From IMG/VR virus record IMGVR_UViG_3300020042_002824: 26,483 nt of DNA, one strand, 5' to 3'. The stretch is from a virus (taxonomy: Duplodnaviria; Heunggongvirae; Uroviricota; Caudoviricetes). The notes beneath the pieces are model-generated. The model did not search any database and was not told where the DNA came from. It worked only from the letters and a program-made list of their open reading frames with translations. How positions within the stretch are numbered: the first letter of the stretch is position 1; the number at the start of each line of letters is the position of its first letter. Below are positions 9,701-17,250 of the stretch, one piece after another. The translations under genes and the position numbers were made by a program.

Positions 9701-11861
9701 CCCTGACCTACTTGAGCTATACAATTTCATCACTAAGTATAATGAGAAGGCAAAGGATATTGGTTACATCAACAATATGGTGGCTAAGAACTTCCTACCA
9801 TTCATTAGAAAAAGTATGGCTGAGCAACTTGTGTGGGATAATAAGTTGTCTATCATGAACAACTTCTATAACAGTCTTCAAGCTAGAACAGATGACACTG
9901 GTTATGGTAGCATTAACGAAATTACAGGGGAACTACAAAATGGTATTCCTAAATACTATACATATGACTTCACACAAACTGATATAGGAGTTAATGACTA
10001 CTCTGAGGTGAGTGAAGACTTATTTAAAAATCTTATTCTATACATCCAACAGGTAGAGAAATATAAGTATCTGTCTGAGGTGGAAGGTCAGTTAAACTTA
10101 GTAAGAACTATTGAATCATTCAAGGGACATCTTAACACCACTAGATACAGTGATGTAGTTAGAAAGGATGGTAAGGTGCAAGAACTCCCTGGTAATGAGG
10201 AGAATACAAAGATATATGATGAGTTCTTAAGAGCTTTATTGTATGATCAGAAATATACTATTGATGATGCAGACTTACCATTGAACATGGGTAAGGTGAC
10301 AAACTTTATTAAGAATGGTATCAATAAGGTGGCTGGTAAAGAAATCTTTACACCTGAAGAAAATCCTACACCTACATCATTAATTAAAACAATGGATGCT
10401 GCTAACAGAGCATTCCAATTAAAAACACTTGGATTTGAATTCATCTCTGGTGCTGCCAACATGTTTGGTGGTAACATTCAGATTGCCACCCAAGCAGGAA
10501 ACTACTTTAAGGCTAGAGAATTTGCTAAGAATGAAGCTAAGCTTATAGGGCAAAGTTTTAACAATGAGCAAGATAGAGAAACATTTATTGAACTTGTTAA
10601 TACATTCATGCCATTGAAAGATGACCCTTCTTATGAAGAGTTCAAAAGAGCTGGTATGACTACACTAACTAGAGGTAGTCTTTCTGACACACTCATGGTC
10701 TTTATGAGAAAGCCAGAACAACTTTTAGAGAAAGCTACATTCCTCACCCTTCTTGAAAACATGATGGTAGAGAATGGTAAGATAGTTAGTATCAGAGAGT
10801 TTGTAAACAGTAAGTACAAAGACAGATATGATAGTGCTGCTAAATTTAAAGAAAGCAAAACTAAGATAGATGCAGAGATTGAGGAGTTAAAGAAAACAAG
10901 ATCTATTGCTAATACCAAGAAGATGGAAGATGGCAAGTTAGTCATCCCTGGCTTGGATCTAAGCAATAGAGAAGAGATACAAAGACTCACTACACTGACT
11001 AGACGTATATCTAGAAACGCAGTGGGTAACTTATCAGATGGTGATATTAACAGAATGTCTATGTCCATTTGGACTAAGTCTATGATGTTATTCAAAAACT
11101 GGATTCCAAAGTTAACAGATACACGTTTCTCTGAATTCAGAAGAGTGAGTGATGACTTCTCTGTAGAAATTGGAGAAGATGGAATACCTGTTGGTGAGAA
11201 GTATGACATTGGACGTATTCGTCTACTAGCTGCTGTAATTGGTTCTTCATTTAAAGATAAGCAAACTAACCTACTCAACATCATGAATATGAATGATGAT
11301 GGTATCAAGAAGCTTAATGAGATGTATGAAGAGTACAGAGAAGAGTATGAAAGAACTACAGGTCAGGAGTTATACATGACCAAGGAGCAGTTCATTGATA
11401 TGGTGAGAAACAACTTACAGAATCAGATTAAGGAATTAGCCATCTTAGGTTCATTGATAGGAATGATGTTCTCTCTAGGATTCATAGCACCTGATGATGA
11501 TAAAGACAAGGCAGCTAAGAACTTCCACAGATACACAACAAAGGTGATAGATAAGTTTGTAGGTGAGCTTTCGTTCTTCTACAACCCAGTAAACTATCAA
11601 TCCCTATTAGATCAAGGTATATTCCCAGCAACTGGTATCATTAAAGACTTTGGTAGATTCATGGATCATGTATGGATGGAAACAACAGGACTTGACATGA
11701 AGTCAGAAACAACAGCAGAGGATGTAAGGAAGAAAGCACAGCCTGTAAAGAACGCTATGAAGATGTTTCCTTTCACAAAATCTCTTGTAACATACCTAGC
11801 AATTTTAGATGCTGACTTTGCTAAAGAATATGACGTTACTATACAGAAAGAAAATAGATAA
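6753..11861 (+). CDS. Giant virion cargo/DNA-ejection-type protein with a degenerate zincin motif and a PD-(D/E)xK (RecB/Cas4-like) nuclease domain
   Basis: 1702 aa, coupled to the RNAP gene by TAATG. EELVH at 7305-7319. Nuclease signature G-x2-G-H...SEVVIY...AGTIDFL...ILDWK...QIGTY at about 7999-8357. Largely helical remainder; hydrophobic LAILGSLIGMMFSLGFI near the C-terminus. The ejection role is inferred from size and adjacency to the vRNAP. Confidence 0.7.
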   Translation: MSKCILDIKFDITDTARDLAMDNGGFTYIHGERDSLRITDNTLAELSAKKVNDAFGEMLLTPSYGDRTTYFISPSNELAQKYLDYYNSELAVEENKPTTEGEDNNYTNDEPTNFLQVTGFPSTVATPAIIEKVKEAATKMGISIEDLATYAKNTGLDTTNINGVADLARGVIAIAEGQEDVALTEELVHIATAMIEQTNPQLVTQMISRIDKFAIYNQTYKLYKDNKDYQLPNGKPDIRKIKKEAVDKLIAEVIVNEGTGNEYFPELANEDNISLVQKWWSMIKDFIHGLYSKASIDIFREAASEILGGKIEGIPIINGQGPYYQIISPQQKAIQDNINNTRDSLRKVEYAEKNADPLLLDSEEANNGYEIKNDDGTWTKITKRVTDRVKAWYKERFGNKVFSEQEKKFNELKRTLGVAGHRDLEEIHSRYYNEDGTKREYPEPRPTKYNLESRAMYETLENYYTELIETFPKDTLVFSEVVIYDKKNKEAGTIDFLAVEPEGKTHILDWKFMHIAGNDVAWFKQGAFNIQIGTYKNILRENYGIKDFGMLRAIPISLEFGRVDKMDARKGFKLDGIAIGSVDKSKIDPLTEMKLIPLSEESETTGSEALDGVLGKLNALMREYAKEKVTDEGERIFKIERMNTLRRAIRLVQGTGNLQPLVDVIQVMRRDGDRILNDYNTIFKDRPARDTDSTNQELSDFADDMNNYIRFSEVFSSIGDDIGYLIYTVDMEEGATTEAEKENIDLRKEILQDLDSESKAIRISIKEITKASEAFADKHIGQRNLVAGLTKAEAVIKGLAARFRGVSELPSRALQVLYKLTSTAKNNAASDAFKEVEVLMSLRDKLVARGGDTRKLVQKLYQKTTEGGLVNKLIYKYKKDFFEQIDAKAKEGGDKEWLLNNIDVEAYKKEAAPLLESQIARINKNSYSGSAEEQNEQREKYILEAQRLWDIDREDFNGFNNYVVKRHPKSEWLSDEYLDIQKDPDLLELYNFITKYNEKAKDIGYINNMVAKNFLPFIRKSMAEQLVWDNKLSIMNNFYNSLQARTDDTGYGSINEITGELQNGIPKYYTYDFTQTDIGVNDYSEVSEDLFKNLILYIQQVEKYKYLSEVEGQLNLVRTIESFKGHLNTTRYSDVVRKDGKVQELPGNEENTKIYDEFLRALLYDQKYTIDDADLPLNMGKVTNFIKNGINKVAGKEIFTPEENPTPTSLIKTMDAANRAFQLKTLGFEFISGAANMFGGNIQIATQAGNYFKAREFAKNEAKLIGQSFNNEQDRETFIELVNTFMPLKDDPSYEEFKRAGMTTLTRGSLSDTLMVFMRKPEQLLEKATFLTLLENMMVENGKIVSIREFVNSKYKDRYDSAAKFKESKTKIDAEIEELKKTRSIANTKKMEDGKLVIPGLDLSNREEIQRLTTLTRRISRNAVGNLSDGDINRMSMSIWTKSMMLFKNWIPKLTDTRFSEFRRVSDDFSVEIGEDGIPVGEKYDIGRIRLLAAVIGSSFKDKQTNLLNIMNMNDDGIKKLNEMYEEYREEYERTTGQELYMTKEQFIDMVRNNLQNQIKELAILGSLIGMMFSLGFIAPDDDKDKAAKNFHRYTTKVIDKFVGELSFFYNPVNYQSLLDQGIFPATGIIKDFGRFMDHVWMETTGLDMKSETTAEDVRKKAQPVKNAMKMFPFTKSLVTYLAILDADFAKEYDVTIQKENR

Positions 11862-11891
11862 GGAATGCTATATTATGTGGCATTCTTTATC
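11857..11891 (+). terminator. Possible intrinsic terminator or processing hairpin after the cargo gene
   Basis: GATAAGGAATGC (11857-11868) pairs with GCATTCTTTATC (11880-11891): 12 bp with one G-U, overlapping the stop codon. The U-tract is weak. Confidence 0.4.
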
Positions 11892-11899
11892 CTAACTCA

Positions 11900-11929
11900 T
11901 TGAAAATAAACTAATTTCAACTATTTTTG
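11900..11929 (+). promoter_or_regulatory. Bacteroidota housekeeping-sigma promoter (-33 TTG, -7 TAnnTTTG)
   Basis: TTG at 11900-11902, 19-nt spacer, TATTTTTG at 11922-11929. This matches the Flavobacterium/Bacteroides consensus and is intergenic. Confidence 0.75.
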
Positions 11930-11934
11930 CGTAT

Positions 11935-11967
11935 ATAGGTGTACTTTACAAAAAGAGGTACACCTAT
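11935..11967. repeat. Perfect 10-bp inverted repeat (hairpin or operator) just downstream of the promoter
   Basis: ATAGGTGTAC (11935-11944) and GTACACCTAT (11958-11967), extendable inward by U-G/U-A/U-G pairs. Confidence 0.8.
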
Positions 11968-12008
11968 TTGCGTATCATTTACTTACACATTTTTATTATT
12001 AATATATT

Positions 12009-12311
12009 ATGGATGTATCTTGCTCAGCAGAACCATGTCCAGTCATACTAAATGCCACCTGTGTCTTTTATGAAGGTGAGAATTTAATATACACTGGCAT
12101 CAATACTAATGATAGTCTTCAAACTGCTCTACAAAAAATAGACGCTAAGTTTGGAGATGTTGGTCTTGGGTATATATTCCAAAATGGAATTATACAGTCA
12201 GCTCCTGGTCAACCAGAAGCAAAGAGTTTTAGAGTGCAGTATGCAGATCTAGACACTACAGCGTTTGCAGATCTTGCTGCTGCTGTTTTAGCCTCTGCTG
12301 AAGAAGCATAA
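12009..12311 (+). CDS. Short Cys-containing protein resembling a tail-fibre N-terminus; possibly chimeric or truncated
   Basis: 100 aa. N-terminus SCSAEPCPVILNATCVFYEG...NDSLQTALQKID, with an abrupt compositional change after APGQP to an Ala-rich helix. Confidence 0.5.
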   Translation: MDVSCSAEPCPVILNATCVFYEGENLIYTGINTNDSLQTALQKIDAKFGDVGLGYIFQNGIIQSAPGQPEAKSFRVQYADLDTTAFADLAAAVLASAEEA

Positions 12312-12331
12312 GCTAAAATAATGAAAATTAA

Positions 12332-12363
12332 TTTGGTTTTCTCGTAGAGATGACATATATTTG
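12332..12363 (+). promoter_or_regulatory. Bacteroidota housekeeping-sigma promoter for the glycosylation/sulfation cluster
   Basis: TTTG at 12332-12335, 20-nt spacer, TATATTTG(CA) at 12356-12363; the ATG follows at 12381. Confidence 0.75.
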
Positions 12364-12380
12364 CAGGCAAAACCAACGTT

Positions 12381-13256
12381 ATGAATATTATTTTCCAGAT
12401 CAATGGGGGTATTGGCAAGTGTATCCTTGCTACATCCATGTGTGAGGTGATACATCACCAATATCCTGAAGATCAACTGATTGTTGTTAGTGGCTACCCT
12501 GAGGTGTTCTTGAACAATCCATATGTTCACAGATCATTTGCTTTTGGTCAAGCTGCCTACTTCTACCAGGATTATATAGAGAACAAGGAGTTTGCTGTGT
12601 TTGCACACGATCCTTATGTGGATACACATTACATTAGACAGGATGAACATCTTAGCTATACATGGACCAGGATCTTTGGTTTACCTGCTCCTGAGAATGT
12701 AAATCCACAAATCTATTTAACAGACAGAGAGCGTCAGTTCTTTGGTAGTAAGTTTACCTCTGATAAGCCTATATTCCTAATGCAAACCAACGGGGGTGCT
12801 GCAGGACAGGAGTTAAAATACTCATGGGCTAGAGACATTCCAGCTAACACAGTGTTGAATGTTATAGAGGAATTCAGAAATGATTACAACATTGTTCACA
12901 TTAGAAGGGAAGATCAAACAGCTTTCCCTGGAACAATCCCTGTAACAGACAACTTTAGAGCTTTAGCTGTATTGATAGAACTAAGTGAGAAGAGATTGTT
13001 TATGGACAGCTTTGCACAACATGCAGCAGCTGGATTAGATAAACCTTCTACAGTGCTATGGATAGCTAACAGCCCTGTGGTGTTTGGTTATGATATACAC
13101 AGTAATATCCTATCTAACCCACATACAAAGAAACCAGAACTACGTAATGCATATTTCCAGAAGTTTGATATTGCAGGAAACCTATTAGAGTTTCCTTATA
13201 ATATGGAACATGAAATATTCAACGTTGATAACATAATCGCTTCTCTAAAAGCATAA
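12381..13256 (+). CDS. GT-B glycosyltransferase, GT9 (heptosyltransferase)-like
   Basis: N-terminal GGIGK (cf. GGIGD)...YPE...PEVFLNNPYV; C-terminal FMDSFAQHAAAGLDKPSTVLW matches the GT9 pattern DSGxxHxAAAxxxPTVxLF. Confidence 0.75.
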   Translation: MNIIFQINGGIGKCILATSMCEVIHHQYPEDQLIVVSGYPEVFLNNPYVHRSFAFGQAAYFYQDYIENKEFAVFAHDPYVDTHYIRQDEHLSYTWTRIFGLPAPENVNPQIYLTDRERQFFGSKFTSDKPIFLMQTNGGAAGQELKYSWARDIPANTVLNVIEEFRNDYNIVHIRREDQTAFPGTIPVTDNFRALAVLIELSEKRLFMDSFAQHAAAGLDKPSTVLWIANSPVVFGYDIHSNILSNPHTKKPELRNAYFQKFDIAGNLLEFPYNMEHEIFNVDNIIASLKA

Positions 13257-13262
13257 CTACAT

Positions 13263-14084
13263 ATGGATAAAATATTCTATCAAAGCTCTCTACCTAGAGC
13301 TGGAAGTACATTATTGCAAAACATCTTGGCTCAAAACCCTGATGTGTATGCAACCCCTACAAGTGGTGTTCTTGAATTAATATTTGCAGCAAGAGCTAAC
13401 TATACCAACTCTCCTGAGTTTAAAGCACAGGATCCTAAATTAATGGAAGATGGTTATAAAGCTTTCTGTAAAGCTGGTATGGATGCTTTCTACAACGCTA
13501 TTACAGACAAGAAATATGTTATAGATAAAAGCAGAGGATGGGGGATTCATTATGACTTCCTACAGTTTGTACAAGGAGAAGAACCAAAGATTATCTGCAT
13601 GGTGAGAGACCCACGTGATATCTTTGCTTCTATGGAAGGTAATTTTAGAAAGCACCCAGAGAAACAATCTGATATATTAGATTGGTCTAAAGGACAAGGA
13701 ACAACAGTTCCTAAACGTATTGACATCTGGTCACAGAATCCTCCTGTAGGACTGGCTTTTGAAAGACTCTCTGAGATATTCAGAATGGGATTAGATAGCA
13801 AGATGTTGTTTGTAAGGTTTGAAGACTTGTGTCTTTATCCTGATACAGAGATGATTAGGATATATGAATACCTTGGCATTCCTCATTACAAACATGACTT
13901 TGATAACATAGAACAATTAACTAAAGAAGATGATGCGGTGTATGGTGCTTTTGGTGACCACGTGATTAGAACCAAGCTTGAACCTGTTCCTTCTAAAGCT
14001 AAGCAGCTATTAGGCAAGGATGTTACAGATTGGATTTACACTAATTACAAATGGTTCTTTGATACCTTTAGATACAGTAAGTAA
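13263..14084 (+). CDS. PAPS-dependent sulfotransferase
   Basis: 5'-PSB loop SLPRAGSTLL, 3'-PB motif RDPRDIFAS, and VRFEDL. Confidence 0.9.
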   Translation: MDKIFYQSSLPRAGSTLLQNILAQNPDVYATPTSGVLELIFAARANYTNSPEFKAQDPKLMEDGYKAFCKAGMDAFYNAITDKKYVIDKSRGWGIHYDFLQFVQGEEPKIICMVRDPRDIFASMEGNFRKHPEKQSDILDWSKGQGTTVPKRIDIWSQNPPVGLAFERLSEIFRMGLDSKMLFVRFEDLCLYPDTEMIRIYEYLGIPHYKHDFDNIEQLTKEDDAVYGAFGDHVIRTKLEPVPSKAKQLLGKDVTDWIYTNYKWFFDTFRYSK

Positions 14085-14884
14085 TGAAGACAAAGTTTCA
14101 AATAGGTTTATATCAACTTGATAAAAAGGATTTTAGAAATGCTTTTCATGTAAACAAGTTAATATATGCTTTGTTTCCTAAAGATAATGCTGTTACAAGC
14201 TCTATTATAAATGGATGGCAGTATGAGAAGTATATGTTTGATTTCCTTGAACAGAATCAAATAGATTGTGAAGGAAAAGATATTCTTGACGTAGGAGCTA
14301 ACAATGGTAACTTTGCTGTAGACTTTTCTCATTTAGTTGGTGACCACGGTAGAGTGTTTAGTTTTGAGCCACAACGTATCATATACTATCAATTGTGTGC
14401 TAATGTATTCCTTAATGGACTAGACAATGTATATTGTCAAAATGTGGCAATTGGAAATGGTGTTGATAAAGAAGTTGTTATACAGATTCCTGATTATCAC
14501 AGTAAAGAAGAAGTTAACTTTGGAGATGTAAGAGTTAGTAACTATGGAGGAGATATAGTTGAGCAAAGAGCTTTAGACAGTTACACCTTTACTAGTATTG
14601 CATTTATTAAAATAGATGTACAAGGATACGAATTATTTGTGATTGATGGTGCTAAAGAAACTATTAAGAAACATAGACCTTATATGTTCATAGAGTTTGA
14701 AGATCACCTACTGAAAGAACAAGGAACATCAGAGGCAGAACTAAAATCTAAGATAGAATCATTAGGATATGTGGTAAAGCAGTTTCAAGAAGGCATTCCT
14801 TATCAAACAGAGAGTGGCAAATGTCTTGATTGTGTATGTATACCAGAGGAAAAATTTAAAGAATTTAATCATATAATACCATGA
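14084..14884 (+). CDS. FkbM-family SAM-dependent methyltransferase
   Basis: LDVGANNG...GRVFSFEP...FIKIDVQGYELFVIDGAKETIKKHRP..FIE. Confidence 0.9.
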   Translation: MKTKFQIGLYQLDKKDFRNAFHVNKLIYALFPKDNAVTSSIINGWQYEKYMFDFLEQNQIDCEGKDILDVGANNGNFAVDFSHLVGDHGRVFSFEPQRIIYYQLCANVFLNGLDNVYCQNVAIGNGVDKEVVIQIPDYHSKEEVNFGDVRVSNYGGDIVEQRALDSYTFTSIAFIKIDVQGYELFVIDGAKETIKKHRPYMFIEFEDHLLKEQGTSEAELKSKIESLGYVVKQFQEGIPYQTESGKCLDCVCIPEEKFKEFNHIIP

Positions 14885-15333
14885 TAGTAGTACTATTTGG
14901 GCAGCCTCACTCAGGCAAAACTACATTAGCTCAAGAGCTAGAATTTGAAGAACTATATGACTATCATATAGATGGTGACCATCTCAGAACTATGTTTAAG
15001 AACACAAACTATAGTAAAGAAGGTAGAATAAGCAACCTTAATAGAGCTAGTGACATTGCTACATATTTACATTACAATGGTAATGATGTTGTATTGTCTT
15101 TAGTATATCCTTACAAAGAAGCTAGAGACTATTTAAATAGCCTGGTTCCAGATGTTAAGTGGGTATATCTACATTATACTGGAGAAAGAGGTAGAGAAGA
15201 ATTCCATGTTAAAGACTTTGAATTCCAATACCTAGAAGAAAAAGTGTTACAACTAAATACATCAGATCTATCAATTGAAGACTGTATTACTAAAATTCAA
15301 AACTACATTGATGAAGATTCTAGCAAAGGGTAA
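14881..15333 (+). CDS. cysC: Adenylyl-sulfate (APS) kinase-like P-loop kinase, shortened lid region
   Basis: P-loop GQPHSGKTT, then IDGDHLR, YSKEGRISNL.RA and VVLSLVYPY..AR follow the CysC pattern. Only 150 aa. Confidence 0.75.
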   Translation: MIVVLFGQPHSGKTTLAQELEFEELYDYHIDGDHLRTMFKNTNYSKEGRISNLNRASDIATYLHYNGNDVVLSLVYPYKEARDYLNSLVPDVKWVYLHYTGERGREEFHVKDFEFQYLEEKVLQLNTSDLSIEDCITKIQNYIDEDSSKG

Positions 15334-15694
15334 TGGTAATGGAAGTGGTTGGGCTATGTTCATAGGAAGATGGCAACCATGGCATCCTGGTCATAGATGG
15401 TTAATTGATCAGAAATTAAATGAAGGTAAGAATGTACTTCTCTGTGTAAGAGATGTTAAAGAGGATGAAAAGAACCCTTGGTCTGCATGGCAAGTGATGA
15501 TGAATTTGACAGAAGAATTGATGGACTTAATTGAAGAAGGAAGAGTGAGACTTATGATTATCCCTGATATTGAATCTATCAATATTGGTAGGGGTATTGG
15601 TTACGATGTTATAGAACATACACCTCCCCAAGATATACATGACATCTCAGCAACTAAGATTAGAGAACAATTGAAAGCTGAAGGCAAGCTCTAA
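15311..15694 (+). CDS. HxGH-superfamily nucleotidyltransferase (cytidyltransferase/NMNAT-like)
   Basis: FIGRWQPWHPGH motif and C-terminal ISATKIR (KMSKS-equivalent). The likely start is the ATG at 15311, a 23-nt overlap with the upstream gene, rather than 15275. Confidence 0.8.
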   Translation: MKILAKGNGNGSGWAMFIGRWQPWHPGHRWLIDQKLNEGKNVLLCVRDVKEDEKNPWSAWQVMMNLTEELMDLIEEGRVRLMIIPDIESINIGRGIGYDVIEHTPPQDIHDISATKIREQLKAEGKL

Positions 15695-15900
15695 TGGTAG
15701 GAACTAAAAGACACATAGCAAAAACTATAAGTTACAGACTCATAAGTACAGGAATTGGATTCCTTCTTATGTGGATAGCAACAGGCAGTATCAAGATAGG
15801 TGCTGCATTCAGTGTTGCTGAACTGGCATACAAGCCTTTCGTATATTTTATCCATGAACGTGTTTGGTACAAATGGATTAAGTACGGCATAAAGAAATAA
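15694..15900 (+). CDS. DUF2061-like small membrane protein
   Basis: RHIAKTISYRLIST...two hydrophobic helices...YFIHERVW; coupled by TAATG. Confidence 0.8.
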   Translation: MVGTKRHIAKTISYRLISTGIGFLLMWIATGSIKIGAAFSVAELAYKPFVYFIHERVWYKWIKYGIKK

Positions 15901-15920
15901 ACCCTCTATTTTTTAATTAC

Positions 15921-15956
15921 ATAGCGTGACTCCCCAATTAGGGAAGGGCATGCTAT
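15921..15956. other. Intergenic stem-loop between the sulfation cluster and the lysis cassette
   Basis: ATAGCGTG/CATGCTAT outer stem (one G-U) plus an inner TCCC/GGGA stem. Confidence 0.45.
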
Positions 15957-15964
15957 TGTCATTT

Positions 15965-16261
15965 ATGAAACAAATGAAACAACAAATTGAAGCCTTCAAA
16001 GTTTGGATTTTCCCTAGCCTAGTGTCAATACTAGCTATGATGATTTGGAATGATGTTAATGAAATCAAATCAGATGTTAAAGCCTTAATGGCTCAGTCTA
16101 ATGTAGACAAAACACGTATAGACAACCTAGAAAGGAATGTCTTTAAAACACAAGCAAGTGCCCCAATTGCACCTATGGAGGAACCTCCTATCACTGTCAG
16201 GATTGCTGATAACAGAGAGTTTGCTTATGTTAAATTAAAAAAGAAATCATATGAGCCTTAG
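15965..16261 (+). CDS. Single-TM coiled-coil protein (holin- or spanin-like)
   Basis: Hydrophobic WIFPSLVSILAMMIW followed by a heptad-like region. The likely start is the ATG at 15965 or 15974, not 15926. Confidence 0.5.
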   Translation: MKQMKQQIEAFKVWIFPSLVSILAMMIWNDVNEIKSDVKALMAQSNVDKTRIDNLERNVFKTQASAPIAPMEEPPITVRIADNREFAYVKLKKKSYEP

Positions 16262-16475
16262 AAGTATTATAAAAGACATGCTTACAGATGAGCGTGGATC
16301 TACTAGCCATAAGAGAGCAATTGTTACACTGAGTGCTGTATGCTTACTCAGTGCATTCATGTTTAACTTCAATGTTAACACACACATGGCAGACCTAGTA
16401 GCTGGTATCATATTCGTAGGAATGGGATTCACTACATGGGATAAATTTTCAACTAAAAAGAAAGACAATGAATAA
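16251..16475 (+). CDS. Putative holin (2 TM, basic C-terminus)
   Basis: 74 aa with two hydrophobic segments and a KKKDNE tail; lies upstream of the endolysin. Confidence 0.55.
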   Translation: MSLRSIIKDMLTDERGSTSHKRAIVTLSAVCLLSAFMFNFNVNTHMADLVAGIIFVGMGFTTWDKFSTKKKDNE

Positions 16476-17085
16476 GAACATATTATCATTAGCTGTGATT
16501 GTGCTTATTGCAATCATAGTGTTACAAAGAACTGGTTGTGGACCTGATAAAGCTGCTAAGGGACCTGACACAGTGGTGGTACATGACACTACATATGAAG
16601 TGCGTGATAGTCTCATCGTAAAGAGAATGACTGTTTACAAAACACTTCCTCCTGTACATGATACACTTCCTCCTCAGTATATAGCTGATACAAATTATGC
16701 TGCTTTGAAGCTGCAATATGAGAAACTATTAGGAATGTTCCTAGCTAGAAATGTTTACGTGGACAGCTTAAAGCTAGACTCTGTAGGATATGTAGTGGTG
16801 AGTGATACAGTGCATTCTAACAAACTAGATAATCGTGGATATCAATATCATTATAAGATACCTACAATTCATACAACAACTACTATCACTAAGTATGCCC
16901 CTCTGAAGAATCAATTGTATGCAGGTGGTGGTATAGGTGGTAATAAGACACTGGGTGTAACAAACCTAAATGCTGGTGTGCTTCTTAAGACTAAGAGTGA
17001 TCAGATTTACAGTGTTACAGTTGGTACAAACACTGATGGTCAAATAAGTTATGGCTTTCAGACATTTTGGAAACTTAAAAAATAA
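16468..17085 (+). CDS. Membrane-anchored periplasmic protein, possibly spanin-like
   Basis: N-terminal hydrophobic helix followed by a Cys, seven D-(S/T)-(V/T/L) motifs and a beta-rich C-terminus; located in the lysis cassette. Confidence 0.45.
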   Translation: MNKNILSLAVIVLIAIIVLQRTGCGPDKAAKGPDTVVVHDTTYEVRDSLIVKRMTVYKTLPPVHDTLPPQYIADTNYAALKLQYEKLLGMFLARNVYVDSLKLDSVGYVVVSDTVHSNKLDNRGYQYHYKIPTIHTTTTITKYAPLKNQLYAGGGIGGNKTLGVTNLNAGVLLKTKSDQIYSVTVGTNTDGQISYGFQTFWKLKK

Positions 17086-17088
17086 AAC

Positions 17089-17250
17089 ATGAAGAAGATT
17101 TTAGACTTACTTAAAAAGTTATTTGGTAAGAAAGAACTAGCTGGTACAGCTGTAGAAGTTAAGCAAGAGGAACCAATCCTAGTTGTTGAACCAAAGCCTG
17201 TAGCTGCTAAGAAAAAACCTAAAAAGAAGAAGAAGAATGACGTTAAATAA
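17089..17250 (+). CDS. Small Lys-rich protein (53 aa; absent from the ORF track)
   Basis: MKKILDLLKKLFGKKELAGTAVEVKQEEPILVVEPKPVAAKKKPKKKKKNDVK fills the gap between genes and overlaps the endolysin start. Confidence 0.7.
   Translation: MKKILDLLKKLFGKKELAGTAVEVKQEEPILVVEPKPVAAKKKPKKKKKNDVK

Noticed and set aside
14881-15333. cysC as a sulfur-assimilation auxiliary metabolic gene
   Set aside because: There is no cysH, cysI/J or cysK here; the adjacent sulfotransferase favours PAPS supply for sulfation.
15305-15335. Programmed frameshift fusing the APS kinase and the nucleotidyltransferase
   Set aside because: No slippery heptamer or stimulatory structure is visible; a simple overlap with its own ATG explains it.
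16642-16674. 12-bp direct repeat ACACTTCCTCCT
   Set aside because: A short in-frame duplication (TLPP twice) with no wider structure.
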